Part shown: positions 41,691-50,534 of the stretch, in pieces
Numbering within the stretch: the stretch's first letter is position 1
Layout of the letters: each line of letters opens with the position of its first letter
Source: Bdellovibrionales bacterium
GTDB lineage: Bacteria; Bdellovibrionota; Bdellovibrionia; Bdellovibrionales; UBA1609
Length of the DNA: 64,000 bases
Direction: 5' to 3'
Assembly (NCBI GenBank): GCA_965203095.1
Contig: OZ241877.1
Coordinates: 928,001 to 992,000 of the forward strand
Program-made: the position numbers and the translations under genes
Notes under the pieces: model-generated
Database searches by the model: none
Seen by the model: the letters and a program-made list of their open reading frames with translations, nothing else
What the model was told of the DNA's origin: nothing

Positions 41691-42098
41691 TCAAAAACGG
41701 CATTCTAAATACCAGCTTTTTTTACCCGCTATATAGCGGTATCCATATTCGGCTCTTGTTGGATAGTCTGGTAGATCGATCTCTATCTTTATCGAGGAGC
41801 ACAAGCTACCGTCTGATAATTTTTTTTGAACATAACCTTCAAAAGAAACATAGCATGCACCTGCCGAAAGATCTGACTCTGCATCCAGCACCCCAGAAGA
41901 GGCAACTATTGTGCTTCCGCTTACAAGCTCACAAGAATTATTGCCTGAGCCTGAATGATTAGAATATATCTTAAAAGGCTTTCCAAAATATATTTTCCGA
42001 ACATTAGACGACCAATCAGGATCAGGAGTTAAAAAGTCCCAAAACCCTGCTCCAGCGGTAAAAGAATAAAGGGAAAAGATAAATAATAATGCTTTCAT
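41691..42098 (-). CDS. Secreted Cys-containing protein, MKALLF family, copy 2
   Basis: Paralogue of 38438-38842. Confidence 0.85.
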   Translation of the reverse strand: MKALLFIFSLYSFTAGAGFWDFLTPDPDWSSNVRKIYFGKPFKIYSNHSGSGNNSCELVSGSTIVASSGVLDAESDLSAGACYVSFEGYVQKKLSDGSLCSSIKIEIDLPDYPTRAEYGYRYIAGKKSWYLECRF

Positions 42099-42173
42099 TG
42101 TTCTCTTATAGCAGGATTGTCCGGAAAAATAAAGTCTGTTGTAAATTTTTCACACTAAAGGGCTGTTTTACCT

Positions 42174-42404
42174 TTACCTGCTACAAGGGTTTTTTATATC
42201 CCTTTGGCCTTCCCAAGTCACAGTGCCAGGGGCCTTGCCAGAATGATAGCGAAAACACTCCCCACTTTCCAAGTGAGATTCTATTCTGAAGGCCAGAAAA
42301 GGCGAACCTTCTTTAAACATTGCAACAGGTCCAGTTTTTAAGCCAAAAGCTCCGGCAAGGATCATTGCTGAAACAACTAACAAAAGCAAATACTCAACAA
42401 CCAT
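42174..42404 (-). CDS. Flp/TadE-like pilin-type protein
   Basis: MVVEYLLLLVVSAMILAG (EY motif + hydrophobic helix); AAGGAG RBS; no N-terminal leader. Confidence 0.6.
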   Translation of the reverse strand: MVVEYLLLLVVSAMILAGAFGLKTGPVAMFKEGSPFLAFRIESHLESGECFRYHSGKAPGTVTWEGQRDIKNPCSR

Positions 42405-42436
42405 TATAAAACTCCTTATGTTTGTCTAATGCGGTT

Positions 42437-42793
42437 TTACCTTTGGCCTGTGCTTCCCTTCTTTTCTTTAAGAAGGCGGGGCCGGAGCGGTTCAGGATTA
42501 GAAGTGCCAGAGCTTAAAGGAATACCAGAGCAAGACTCCTTTGTTGCATGAATGTTTTTTTGATTATTGCTAACAACATTCAATATCTCATTTAATAATC
42601 TTTTATTAGCATTAACACTATCCATAATCTGGTTATGTTTATTAGCTAACTGCACTATTGCCACACTTTGGCTGGCTGATTGTTGTATTAGGGCTTTATT
42701 TAATTTGTTTTGGTTATGCCCATGCCCGCTTTGACTATGCCCCCTTGAATGAGCACTGAATGTTATGAAAAAAGAAAGCACTAAGTAGATCAT
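42437..42793 (-). CDS. Secreted coiled-coil protein, MIYL..GSTGQR family
   Basis: Signal peptide; TTAAGTTT-N11-TCCGATAA promoter at 42804-42830. Confidence 0.8.
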   Translation of the reverse strand: MIYLVLSFFITFSAHSRGHSQSGHGHNQNKLNKALIQQSASQSVAIVQLANKHNQIMDSVNANKRLLNEILNVVSNNQKNIHATKESCSGIPLSSGTSNPEPLRPRLLKEKKGSTGQR

Positions 42794-43000
42794 CTCAATA
42801 AGCTTATCGGACGATATTGAGAAAACTTAAGAAAAAAGGCTTATTTTTTATAGAAAGGGTATAGAAAAGGCTCAAAATTTATAGATCTGTTATAAAAACG
42901 GCTCAAAAAGTATAGATCCAAGCAAAAGAGAGAATTAAAAATAAAATAATGATTGAAACCAAAAGAAAAGGGATAGTCACAAAAGCTTTTGAATTTAAAA

Positions 43001-43121
43001 TCATTTTGGATATTTTGAGGCAAACAAGTTTAGACCCTTTCTCTTTTTTATACATGAGGCTCTGTAGTTTTTTAGCTCTAATCTATATTGGCCCATTTTA
43101 TCCATAAGTTTTTTTCTGTCT
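43001..43121 (-). pseudogene. 3' fragment of lipoprotein 46083-46394
   Basis: Only the duplicated C-terminal part is present; cut at the IS end. Confidence 0.8.
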
Positions 43122-45042
43122 CCCGACTTCCGCATTTTGTGATCAGGAATCCAGTATTATCAAGGGTTTGCGAGGAGGCTTGGGTCACTACATTCAAGAC
43201 TTTAGTTTGTGATATTAGGACATAAATTTAATAGTTCGTGGGAAGGTTTTGTTAAAGGCTTTGTAGATATTCTTTTGTGTTTCGTTGATTGTAGAAGGCA
43301 GGAAGAATTTCTTTCCTGTGGATGTGTCCTCTATATAACTGATTTGGACAAGACTTAATTCTTGTTTAATGACTTCAAAACTAAGGTTTATATTTTTAGA
43401 TTTCAAAACATGCCTCACAAAAACCGTCAGACCATAAGCTATAAAACATATTAACACATGAGCCTTTATCCTTCTCGGTGTCCAATGATAGATAGGTCTC
43501 ATCTTCAAATCATGTTTGTTCATACGAAAAGCAGATTCTATTTGCCAAAGATTTTTGTATTTTTCCAATATGTTATGGGCCGTCTCTTTTTTGTTGTTTA
43601 CAGCTACAGCACTGAATCCGTCCCATAAACGCTCCGCTTGTATCTTGTCTTCATTTAAAACAGCCCAACCCTTCTGTTTTAACTCCAAATACTTCTTAAG
43701 TCCTGTGTTTTTAACCAAATCCTTCACACGAACCCGACCACCTTTCATCTTTTCTTTTATCTTAACTAAAAGCTTTTCTCTTTCTTTTCTATCCTTATCC
43801 GCTCTGGCCCGATCATAACGGACAATGAGACGAAAACCCTCCCACTCATATTCCCTCGTCCAGCCTCGAACCTTTCTAAAATCCCCTCTTTTAGAAAAAG
43901 CAGGAGCTTCCGACAACACCCTCTCCTTCAAAGACTTCTTCATTGACTTCAGCCGGGCCCCAGCTATAAACTGAACTTTCCTTTTATCCATCTCAAAAAG
44001 ATTTTTCTTGGAAAACATCCCACGATCAGCAACTAAAAACACATCCCGAATATCATAACTCTTTGATATATTATCTATCGTCTGGAGCAAAGTATTGCCC
44101 TCAAAAGTATTACCAGAAAAAAGCTCATAACCTATAGGCAAACCCCCTTTAGTCGTCATCAAAGACAGAACAACCTGTGTCTCTTTGATCTTATTGTCCT
44201 TGCTAAAACCACAACTCCTCAAATCATCCTCCATAAAACTCTCAAAATACAATGTCGTCACATCAAAAAACACAACATCAATACGCTCTTTAAACAAACT
44301 CAATGTCCTCTCGGTTAGCTTGCCTTTTAAAATCTCACTATTCTTATAAACCTTGTCCATCATCCGATAAACACGATCCAAAGGTATAGAATGAACACCA
44401 GCAGACCTTCTGCTTATGTCCAAAACACTACCCCGCTTACTCATTGGACTTTTTAACCGATGTAAAACCATATCCTTCAACAATTGACTGGCCTCTCTAT
44501 GCTTATATCCCTCATTAAAACAGGACGATAAACCCAGCTCATCGTAAACCTTGCCAAATATGTCTGAAATCCCCACAACTTGACGACTCTCCTCTTTCAG
44601 ACTTGGTGCATGAACCATATCTCCAGGATAAAAACTCCTCGCCTTCTCTCTTGCAGGGTCCTCCTTGGACTCCTCCTTAAAAAGTGGGGACTGATCTTTT
44701 TCTTTTAAGTCCCGAATAACTTTTCTGCCGATCTTGTAAAATAAAGCAATTTTCTCTTTATCGCTTTGATGGCAATGTCCTACACAGCCAATAGTCTCTT
44801 GTCTGACTTTTTTGCCTTCTCTACGGCTTCTGACCACACGGATGGAAACATGGCCATTGGCTTTTTTAACTTCACGAATAAACATACTGGCAGAATAAGA
44901 GAAGACAGAAGGCTTGTCAAGTAAATAAATTAAAAATATTGCTTTATTTTTATCAAGGGCCACTACACCCCAACACAACAATAAAAAGCCCATAAACTGG
45001 GCCTTTTAAACCCTTACAACCCTACAAAATGCGGAAGTCGGG
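43122..45042 (-). mobile_element. IS1634-family insertion sequence (1,921 bp)
   Basis: Perfect terminal IRs CCCGACTTCCGCATTTTGT (43122-43140) / ACAAAATGCGGAAGTCGGG (45024-45042); single transposase. Confidence 0.92.
43215..44885 (-). CDS. IS1634-family DDE transposase
   Basis: FFDVTTLYFE, GFSKD, VADRGM, LWQIESAFR, RPIYHW, HVLICFIAY; start placed at MFIREV just behind TTGACA-N17-TATTCT. Confidence 0.93.
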   Translation of the reverse strand: MFIREVKKANGHVSIRVVRSRREGKKVRQETIGCVGHCHQSDKEKIALFYKIGRKVIRDLKEKDQSPLFKEESKEDPAREKARSFYPGDMVHAPSLKEESRQVVGISDIFGKVYDELGLSSCFNEGYKHREASQLLKDMVLHRLKSPMSKRGSVLDISRRSAGVHSIPLDRVYRMMDKVYKNSEILKGKLTERTLSLFKERIDVVFFDVTTLYFESFMEDDLRSCGFSKDNKIKETQVVLSLMTTKGGLPIGYELFSGNTFEGNTLLQTIDNISKSYDIRDVFLVADRGMFSKKNLFEMDKRKVQFIAGARLKSMKKSLKERVLSEAPAFSKRGDFRKVRGWTREYEWEGFRLIVRYDRARADKDRKEREKLLVKIKEKMKGGRVRVKDLVKNTGLKKYLELKQKGWAVLNEDKIQAERLWDGFSAVAVNNKKETAHNILEKYKNLWQIESAFRMNKHDLKMRPIYHWTPRRIKAHVLICFIAYGLTVFVRHVLKSKNINLSFEVIKQELSLVQISYIEDTSTGKKFFLPSTINETQKNIYKAFNKTFPRTIKFMS

Positions 45043-45180
45043 AGAATATATCTTAAAAGGCTTTCCAAAATATATTTTCCGAACATTAGACGACCAATCA
45101 GGATCAGGAGTTAAAAAGTCCCAAAACCCTGCTCCAGCGGTAAAAGAATAAAGGGAAAAGATAAATAATAATGCTTTCAT
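45043..45180 (-). pseudogene. 5' fragment of the MKALLF-family gene, cut by the IS end
   Basis: First 46 codons of 41691-42098 run into the IS terminal repeat. Confidence 0.8.
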
Positions 45181-45255
45181 TGTTCTCTTATAGCAGGATT
45201 GTCCGGAAAAATAAAGTCTGTTGTAAATTTTTCACACTAAAGGGCTGTTTTACCT

Positions 45256-45486
45256 TTACCTGCTACAAGGGTTTTTTATATCCCTTTGGCCTTCCCAAGT
45301 CACAGTGCCAGGGGCCTTGCCAGAATGATAGCGAAAACACTCCCCACTTTCCAAGTGAGATTCTATTCTGAAGGCCAGAAAAGGCGAACCTTCTTTAAAC
45401 ATTGCAACAGGTCCAGTTTTTAAGCCAAAAGCTCCGGCAAGGATCATTGCTGAAACAACTAACAAAAGCAAATACTCAACAACCAT
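45256..45486 (-). CDS. Flp/TadE-like pilin-type protein (duplicate)
   Basis: Identical protein to 42174-42404. Confidence 0.6.
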   Translation of the reverse strand: MVVEYLLLLVVSAMILAGAFGLKTGPVAMFKEGSPFLAFRIESHLESGECFRYHSGKAPGTVTWEGQRDIKNPCSR

Positions 45487-45518
45487 TATAAAACTCCTTA
45501 TGTTTGTCTAATGCGGTT

Positions 45519-45875
45519 TTACCTTTGGCCTGTGCTTCCCTTCTTTTCTTTAAGAAGGCGGGGCCGGAGCGGTTCAGGATTAGAAGTGCCAGAGCTTAAA
45601 GGAATACCAGAGCAAGACTCCTTTGTTGCATGAATGTTTTTTTGATTATTGCTAACAACATTCAATATCTCATTTAATAATCTTTTATTAGCATTAACAC
45701 TATCCATAATCTGGTTATGTTTATTAGCTAACTGCACTATTGCCACACTTTGGCTGGCTGATTGTTGTATTAGGGCTTTATTTAATTTGTTTTGGTTATG
45801 CCCATGCCCGCTTTGACTATGCCCCCTTGAATGAGCACTGAATGTTATGAAAAAAGAAAGCACTAAGTAGATCAT
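45519..45875 (-). CDS. Secreted coiled-coil protein, MIYL..GSTGQR family (duplicate)
   Basis: Identical protein to 42437-42793. Confidence 0.8.
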   Translation of the reverse strand: MIYLVLSFFITFSAHSRGHSQSGHGHNQNKLNKALIQQSASQSVAIVQLANKHNQIMDSVNANKRLLNEILNVVSNNQKNIHATKESCSGIPLSSGTSNPEPLRPRLLKEKKGSTGQR

Positions 45876-46082
45876 CTCAATAAGCTTATCGGACGATATT
45901 GAGAAAACTTAAGAAAAAAGGCTTATTTTTTATAGAAAGGGTATAGAAAAGGCTCAAAATTTATAGATCTGTTATAAAAACGGCTCAAAAAGTATAGATC
46001 CAAGCAAAAGAGAGAATTAAAAATAAAATAATGATTGAAACCAAAAGAAAAGGGATAGTCACAAAAGCTTTTGAATTTAAAA

Positions 46083-46394
46083 TCATTTTGGATATTTTGA
46101 GGCAAACAAGTTTAGACCCTTTCTCTTTTTTATACATGAGGCTCTGTAGTTTTTTAGCTCTAATCTATATTGGCCCATTTTATCCATAAGTTTTTTTCTG
46201 TCTCTGTGTTTATTTACTTGCGAACTATAAGCCAAAATCAAAATATTCTCAAAAAGTTTATTAGTCTCTGTGGCAATGTCTTGTCTTAACTTTTGGCATT
46301 TTAAAGATTTTTTTGTTTCACCAATTTTATTGCCTGTAGTTTGACAAGCAGAGATTAAAAAAAATAAAAAGATCAATAAGATTTTTTGTTTCAT
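46083..46394 (-). CDS. Small lipoprotein
   Basis: ISAC lipobox; ATGA overlap with the upstream 404-aa gene. Confidence 0.75.
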   Translation of the reverse strand: MKQKILLIFLFFLISACQTTGNKIGETKKSLKCQKLRQDIATETNKLFENILILAYSSQVNKHRDRKKLMDKMGQYRLELKNYRASCIKKRKGLNLFASKYPK

Positions 46395-47605
46395 TGTTTT
46401 GACTTCTCTTTTTCTATCTTACAACTTTCCCCACAATAGGATTGAATGAGCTGGCTCATTTTTTCAAAAATACTGCTATGCACTCCGGTTTTAGAAAACA
46501 AGTCCCCCTTCTGATTTTTGAAAGCCCCTGCTAATTTTTTATTATCTTTTCCTTTTTTCCCTCCCTGAGAAGGGCCTCCTGGGGCCTGCCCCCGGTTATT
46601 AGCAGACGGAGTAGTCAGCCCCCCGGAAAAAGCCCCGGTGATCCCCTGATTGTTCCGCCAAGCCTCATTCTCATTGTCATCATCCTCTATTAACCCTTCC
46701 CCATCATTATTAGAGGCGGAGCTAAGTCCTCTGCCCAAATCAGAACCACCCAATCCCCCAGAAGGTTTTGAGTCGGAAGTGTTTTTTTGCCCATTAAGTG
46801 AAGGGGATAAACCTGCTGTGTTGTCACTTCCTGTCCCTTCTTTAGTGGTTTTGTATTTTTCCCCTTTATCCTTTTTTGCCACAGTGGTTTTTTTCTCTTT
46901 TGGTTTTTCTGGTGGAGTAAATTCTTTTGTGGTTTTTTTCTCATCTTTTCCCGGTGAAGTGTCGGGAGCTGTTGTGGTGGCTGTTGGAAGGCTGGGACCT
47001 ATAAAATCAGGGAGCGGAGCTATATCATCATCAGGGCAATCATCGCCTTTGCATTTTTCCTTTTCAGTGTCCCCGCCAAGTTTTTTTAAAGCCATAAAAG
47101 ATATTCCCGCATTCATAGCAGACAATCCCGCTTGCATTAGGGCCTGTTCGCAACTTGCTCCATGCGTTTCGCATTCGGATAAAACTGCTTGTTTGTTTTT
47201 TTTCTCAATCGGATCAATACCCTCTGTTTCCGGATTACAATTTGTCCTACATTTGTTTAAAGCGGAAGTGCAATCATCATAAGCAGACAAAGCATGAACA
47301 GCCATAGCACTATTTATAGCTATACTCCCCTTGTGAGCAAGGCTGGCAGACCCGCCTCCGTCTTCAGTGGAGGACACAGCGTCCGTGCCGGCTTTCCCCA
47401 CCATAAGAGCACTTTCCATGCTTAGCATTCCCTTGCTTGCTTTCAAAACTTCAAGTGAAAGGGAGTTGTCACAAACAGGCGGTGTTTCTTTTTCCGGGGT
47501 TTCCGGTTTTGTCGGGGGGAGGGGAGGGGGCTGGACAACCCCGGTCCCAGGGTTGGGTGCCCAGGATTGGGAAATCCATAAAAGAATTAAAATCAGACCT
47601 TTCAT
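46391..47605 (-). CDS. Secreted Cys/Gly/Pro-rich protein
   Basis: Signal peptide; Cys-rich helical region; low-complexity tail; TTTAGTTT-N11-GCCGATAA promoter at 47613-47639. Confidence 0.8.
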   Translation of the reverse strand: MKGLILILLWISQSWAPNPGTGVVQPPPLPPTKPETPEKETPPVCDNSLSLEVLKASKGMLSMESALMVGKAGTDAVSSTEDGGGSASLAHKGSIAINSAMAVHALSAYDDCTSALNKCRTNCNPETEGIDPIEKKNKQAVLSECETHGASCEQALMQAGLSAMNAGISFMALKKLGGDTEKEKCKGDDCPDDDIAPLPDFIGPSLPTATTTAPDTSPGKDEKKTTKEFTPPEKPKEKKTTVAKKDKGEKYKTTKEGTGSDNTAGLSPSLNGQKNTSDSKPSGGLGGSDLGRGLSSASNNDGEGLIEDDDNENEAWRNNQGITGAFSGGLTTPSANNRGQAPGGPSQGGKKGKDNKKLAGAFKNQKGDLFSKTGVHSSIFEKMSQLIQSYCGESCKIEKEKSKQ

Positions 47606-47655
47606 ACTCTCTTTATCGGCTGATCAGCCAAAAACTAAACCCTTTATTTGTTTTA

Positions 47656-47811
47656 AAGCTCAAAAAGTGTCTCATTTTGGCCTAAAAGCGGGGAGTTTAA
47701 AGCAGACAGCCCGGCAAGACCGGGCTGAAAACTATGAAACTATCCTCTATATTTTACCTACAATAGTAGGAATTGCACTTATCCTATCGGCTGAATGACC
47801 GGGGAAGTTTA
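47656..47811 (-). repeat. Sigma28-like promoter + GC hairpin + conserved tail, copy 2
   Basis: Hairpin at 47707-47727; TAAA-N16-GCCGATAG at 47811-47784. Confidence 0.7.
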
Positions 47812-47830
47812 GATTTTTTTGGATTTTTCT

Positions 47831-48589
47831 TTAAATCCCTAATCTTGTCCTGAGCCGGGCGACTTGAGTAATACTCCAATTTTTATTTCCCCATCTTGTT
47901 TTTACTTTTAACCTTTCCAGTTCTTCGGCCATTTGTTCAAGGGTTAAGCCTTGTTCTATAAGAAGGATAAGAGCAGGCATTATCTGTTCAGCATACTGAT
48001 CCGCTTTACTTAATTCAGTTTCAGCTTTTTTTTCTTTTGCCCTTTTTATTTCCTGATAAGTTGGTTTTGGTTTTTTATGAACCTTCCAATAAGCTTTTAA
48101 TGCTTTCCTTATTTTAGGATTATGCCAGCCAAGTTTTTTTCCTTTCTTTTTTAATTCAGCTAAAGCCAACTTGGTTCTTTTAGAGATTTGCTCCCTTTCC
48201 CATTCGGCTAATGTTCCCATTAAGTGGAGCTGGAGTTTGTCCATTTGAGGATAATCACAACAAATAAAATCAATCTTAGCTTTTTCAATGGAAGTAATGA
48301 AATGAAGATCACGACTGAGTCTATCTAATTTGGCCACAATGAGGATTCCTTTAAGACCATAAGTTAGATCCAGGGCTTCTATGAGTTTTGGCCGGTTATG
48401 AGTTTTTTTACCGCTTTCTATTTCAGTAAAAGAATGCTCTGGGGGGAATTTTCTTTTTTGTTCTTTAAGGAATTTTTTGACGGCTGTTTTTTGTGCTGAA
48501 ATGCCAAGCCCTTTTATCCCTTGTTTATCTGTGGAAACTCTATAATAGGCTATGTAAGGTCGTCTGGTTTTTCTTTTGGTTTTTTTCAT
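47831..48589 (-). CDS. Serine recombinase (resolvase/invertase catalytic domain + C-terminal HTH)
   Basis: YYRVST (catalytic Ser), ESGKK..RP.L, AKLDRLSR, AEWEREQISKRTK. Confidence 0.93.
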   Translation of the reverse strand: MKKTKRKTRRPYIAYYRVSTDKQGIKGLGISAQKTAVKKFLKEQKRKFPPEHSFTEIESGKKTHNRPKLIEALDLTYGLKGILIVAKLDRLSRDLHFITSIEKAKIDFICCDYPQMDKLQLHLMGTLAEWEREQISKRTKLALAELKKKGKKLGWHNPKIRKALKAYWKVHKKPKPTYQEIKRAKEKKAETELSKADQYAEQIMPALILLIEQGLTLEQMAEELERLKVKTRWGNKNWSITQVARLRTRLGI

Positions 48590-48631
48590 AGGTTGGGGGT
48601 ATTATTACACGGAAAGTTTTTTTTGTCAAAT

Positions 48632-48656
48632 TTTTAACATCGTTGTTATGTTAAAA
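48632..48656. promoter_or_regulatory. Inverted repeat upstream of the recombinase (candidate binding/res subsite)
   Basis: TTTTAACAT-N7-ATGTTAAAA adjacent to the TTGACA of the recombinase promoter. Confidence 0.5.
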
Positions 48657-48835
48657 TAATTGTGTAATTTTTTAGCCATTAGTCCAGTGCCGGGGAATAG
48701 ATGGTCACCCCCCCATTGCGATATAAACCCCACCCCCCATCGCTTGGGACTCCACCCTTGTTTTTGAGGCTTATTTGATAGCTGAGGGCTTTGATATAGA
48801 TAGAGATTAGAGAGAAAAATAGAGGGTTCTGAGGC

Positions 48836-49348
48836 TTAATCCACCCAGTTAATCTTGTCTGTGTTCAATGCTCCGCTGGCCATAATCATGTCACGATATT
48901 TTGAGTCTATAAAAACATACTTCAAGCTTGTCCCTCTCAAGTCTGCTTTTGTCAAGTCTGTCCCTCTTAAGTCTGCAAATATCAAGTCTGCCCCTCTCAA
49001 GTCTGCCTTTGTCAAGTCTATCTCTCTCAAGTCTATCCCTATCAAGTCTGTCCCTCTTAAGTCTGCCTCTCTCAAGTTCGCCCCTCTAAAGTCTGCCCAT
49101 ATTAAGTATGCTCCTCTTAAGTCTGCCTCCCACAAGTTCGCCCCTCTCAAGTCTGCCTTTGTCAAGTCTGCCCCTCTCAAGTCTGCCTTTGTCAAGTCTG
49201 CCCCTCTAAAATCTGTCCCTCTCAAATCTTTTTTCCCTTGTCTGATTTGTTCAATCAATTCTGCTTGTTTTGTGGGATCAACTGTCTCCGGGTTTTCAGA
49301 AAAAGCCGTCTGGTTCATTAAAAGAATAAGGCTTAATAACAATTTCAT
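48836..49348 (-). CDS. Secreted pentapeptide repeat protein 7
   Basis: Family signal peptide, caps and repeats. Confidence 0.93.
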   Translation of the reverse strand: MKLLLSLILLMNQTAFSENPETVDPTKQAELIEQIRQGKKDLRGTDFRGADLTKADLRGADLTKADLRGANLWEADLRGAYLIWADFRGANLREADLRGTDLIGIDLREIDLTKADLRGADLIFADLRGTDLTKADLRGTSLKYVFIDSKYRDMIMASGALNTDKINWVD

Positions 49349-49429
49349 TGTGTAGGGTTATAGCAGGATTGTCCGGGAAAGTAAAGAATTAGAGGGTCTA
49401 TTGTAAATTTTTCACACAAAGGGCGGAGC

Positions 49430-49897
49430 TTAATCCACCCAGTTAATCTTGTCTGTGTTCAATGCTCCGCTGGCCATAATCATGTCACGATATTTTGAGT
49501 CTATATAAGCATACAATAAGTTAGCCTCTTTAAAGTCTGCCCCTGTCAAGGTTGCTTTATACAAGATTGCTCTTGTCAAGTTTGCCATTGTCAAGTCTGC
49601 CCCCATCAACTTTGCCCCCGCAAGGTTAGCCATTTGCAGGTTTGTCTCTATCAAATTTGCCCCTATCAAAAATCCCCCTATCAAAAATCCCTCTGTTAAG
49701 TCTGCCCTTGTCAAGTTTGCAAATGTCAGGTCTGCCTTATACAAGTTTGCTTTTTGCAAGTTTGCCTCTGTTAAGTCTTTTTTCCCTTGCCTGATTTGTT
49801 CAATCAATTCTGCTTGTTTTGTGGGATCAACTGTCTCCGGGTTTTCAGAAAAAGCCGTCTGGTTCATTAAAAGGATAATGCTTAATAGTATTTTCAT
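49430..49897 (-). CDS. Secreted pentapeptide repeat protein 8
   Basis: Near-identical to 37132-37599; start moved to MKILLS (49897) because the ORF-track extension is module A. Confidence 0.93.
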   Translation of the reverse strand: MKILLSIILLMNQTAFSENPETVDPTKQAELIEQIRQGKKDLTEANLQKANLYKADLTFANLTRADLTEGFLIGGFLIGANLIETNLQMANLAGAKLMGADLTMANLTRAILYKATLTGADFKEANLLYAYIDSKYRDMIMASGALNTDKINWVD

Positions 49898-49977
49898 TGG
49901 TTGTCTTATAGCAGGATTGTCCGGGAAAATAAAGTCTTTTAAAGCATTTTGTAAAATTTTCACACAAAGGGCGGAGC

Positions 49978-50505
49978 TTAATCCACCCAGTTAATCTTGT
50001 CTGTGTTCAATGCTCCGCTTTTCATAATCATGTCACGATATTTTGAGTCTATATAAGCAAAACTTAGGTTTGTTCCTTTAAACTTTGCCCCTCTCAAGTC
50101 CGCCTCTCTCAAGTTCGCCCCTGCCATTTTTGCCCCTCTCAAGTCTGCCCCTATTAAAATCGCCGCTTCCAAGTCCGCCCTTAATAAGATCGCTTTATAC
50201 AAGTTCGCAAAAGCCAGATTCCCCCCTTCCAAGTCCGTAGCAGTCAAGTCCGCATACTTCAAGTCTGCCCTTCTTAAGTCCGCCTCTCTCAAGTTCGCCC
50301 CCGATAAGTTCCCCCCTATCAAGTTTACCTTTTGCAAGCTTTTTCTCCCTTGTTTTATTTGTTCAATCAGTTCGCTCGCCCCTCGATAGGCCAACCCTAC
50401 TTGGGATTGAGGAGTCCTTTCCCCTTGAGTTTCTTTTTTGGCAAACTTAAGAGACTCACAAGATAAAATAAAAGACGATAGAAAAATATAAAATAGGATT
50501 TTCAT
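49978..50505 (-). CDS. Pentapeptide repeat lipoprotein 9
   Basis: MKILFYIFLSSFILSC lipobox behind a GGAGG RBS; family caps; TAAG-N15-GCCGATAA promoter at 50566-50540 inside the fibre gene. Confidence 0.9.
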   Translation of the reverse strand: MKILFYIFLSSFILSCESLKFAKKETQGERTPQSQVGLAYRGASELIEQIKQGRKSLQKVNLIGGNLSGANLREADLRRADLKYADLTATDLEGGNLAFANLYKAILLRADLEAAILIGADLRGAKMAGANLREADLRGAKFKGTNLSFAYIDSKYRDMIMKSGALNTDKINWVD

Positions 50506-50534
50506 ATTCCCTCCGTTTAAGGTTTGTTTCATGT

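Larger units (their letters stand above)
41961..43121. repeat. Left copy of the 1,161-bp direct repeat flanking the IS
   Basis: Matches 45043-46203 at constant offset 3082; encoded ORFs are identical in both copies. Confidence 0.92.
45043..46203. repeat. Right copy of the 1,161-bp direct repeat
   Basis: Matches 41961-43121. Confidence 0.92.
34727..48835 (-). repeat. Module B: 3' tail of array units, 7 copies (about 34727, 36168, 37074, 38381, 39430, 39986, 48779)
   Basis: + strand AGCTGAGGGCTTTGATATAGATAGAGATTAGAGAGAAAAATAGAGGG(TTCTGAGGC), at or close to stop codons. Confidence 0.9.
34321..49971 (-). repeat. Module A: 5' promoter module of array units, 10 copies (starts 34321, 35321, 37005, 37609, 38851, 39912, 42107, 45189, 49359, 49907; partial at 38339)
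   Basis: + strand TATAGCAGGATTGTCCGGGAAA..AAAG..TTGTAAATTTTTCACACAAAGGG; on the coding strand TGCTATA lies just upstream of an ATG lacking an SD. Confidence 0.9.

Noticed and set aside
42841..43023. 60-aa ORF (and its copy at 45923-46105)
   Set aside because: TTG start, overlaps the lipoprotein end, no motif; a 33-aa hydrophobic ORF from ATG 43004 is equally plausible, so neither is called
34891..49355. Plus-strand repetitive ORFs (e.g. 34901-35356, 36345-37001, 48855-49355)
   Set aside because: Antisense shadows of the pentapeptide genes
34777..50505. CRISPR-like periodic repeats (CAAGTCTGCCC)
   Set aside because: 15- and 45-bp periodicity lies inside open pentapeptide ORFs; no unique spacers and no cas genes
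34777..50505. Qnr/MfpA quinolone-resistance call
   Set aside because: All members have export signals and family-specific caps, inconsistent with cytoplasmic gyrase protection
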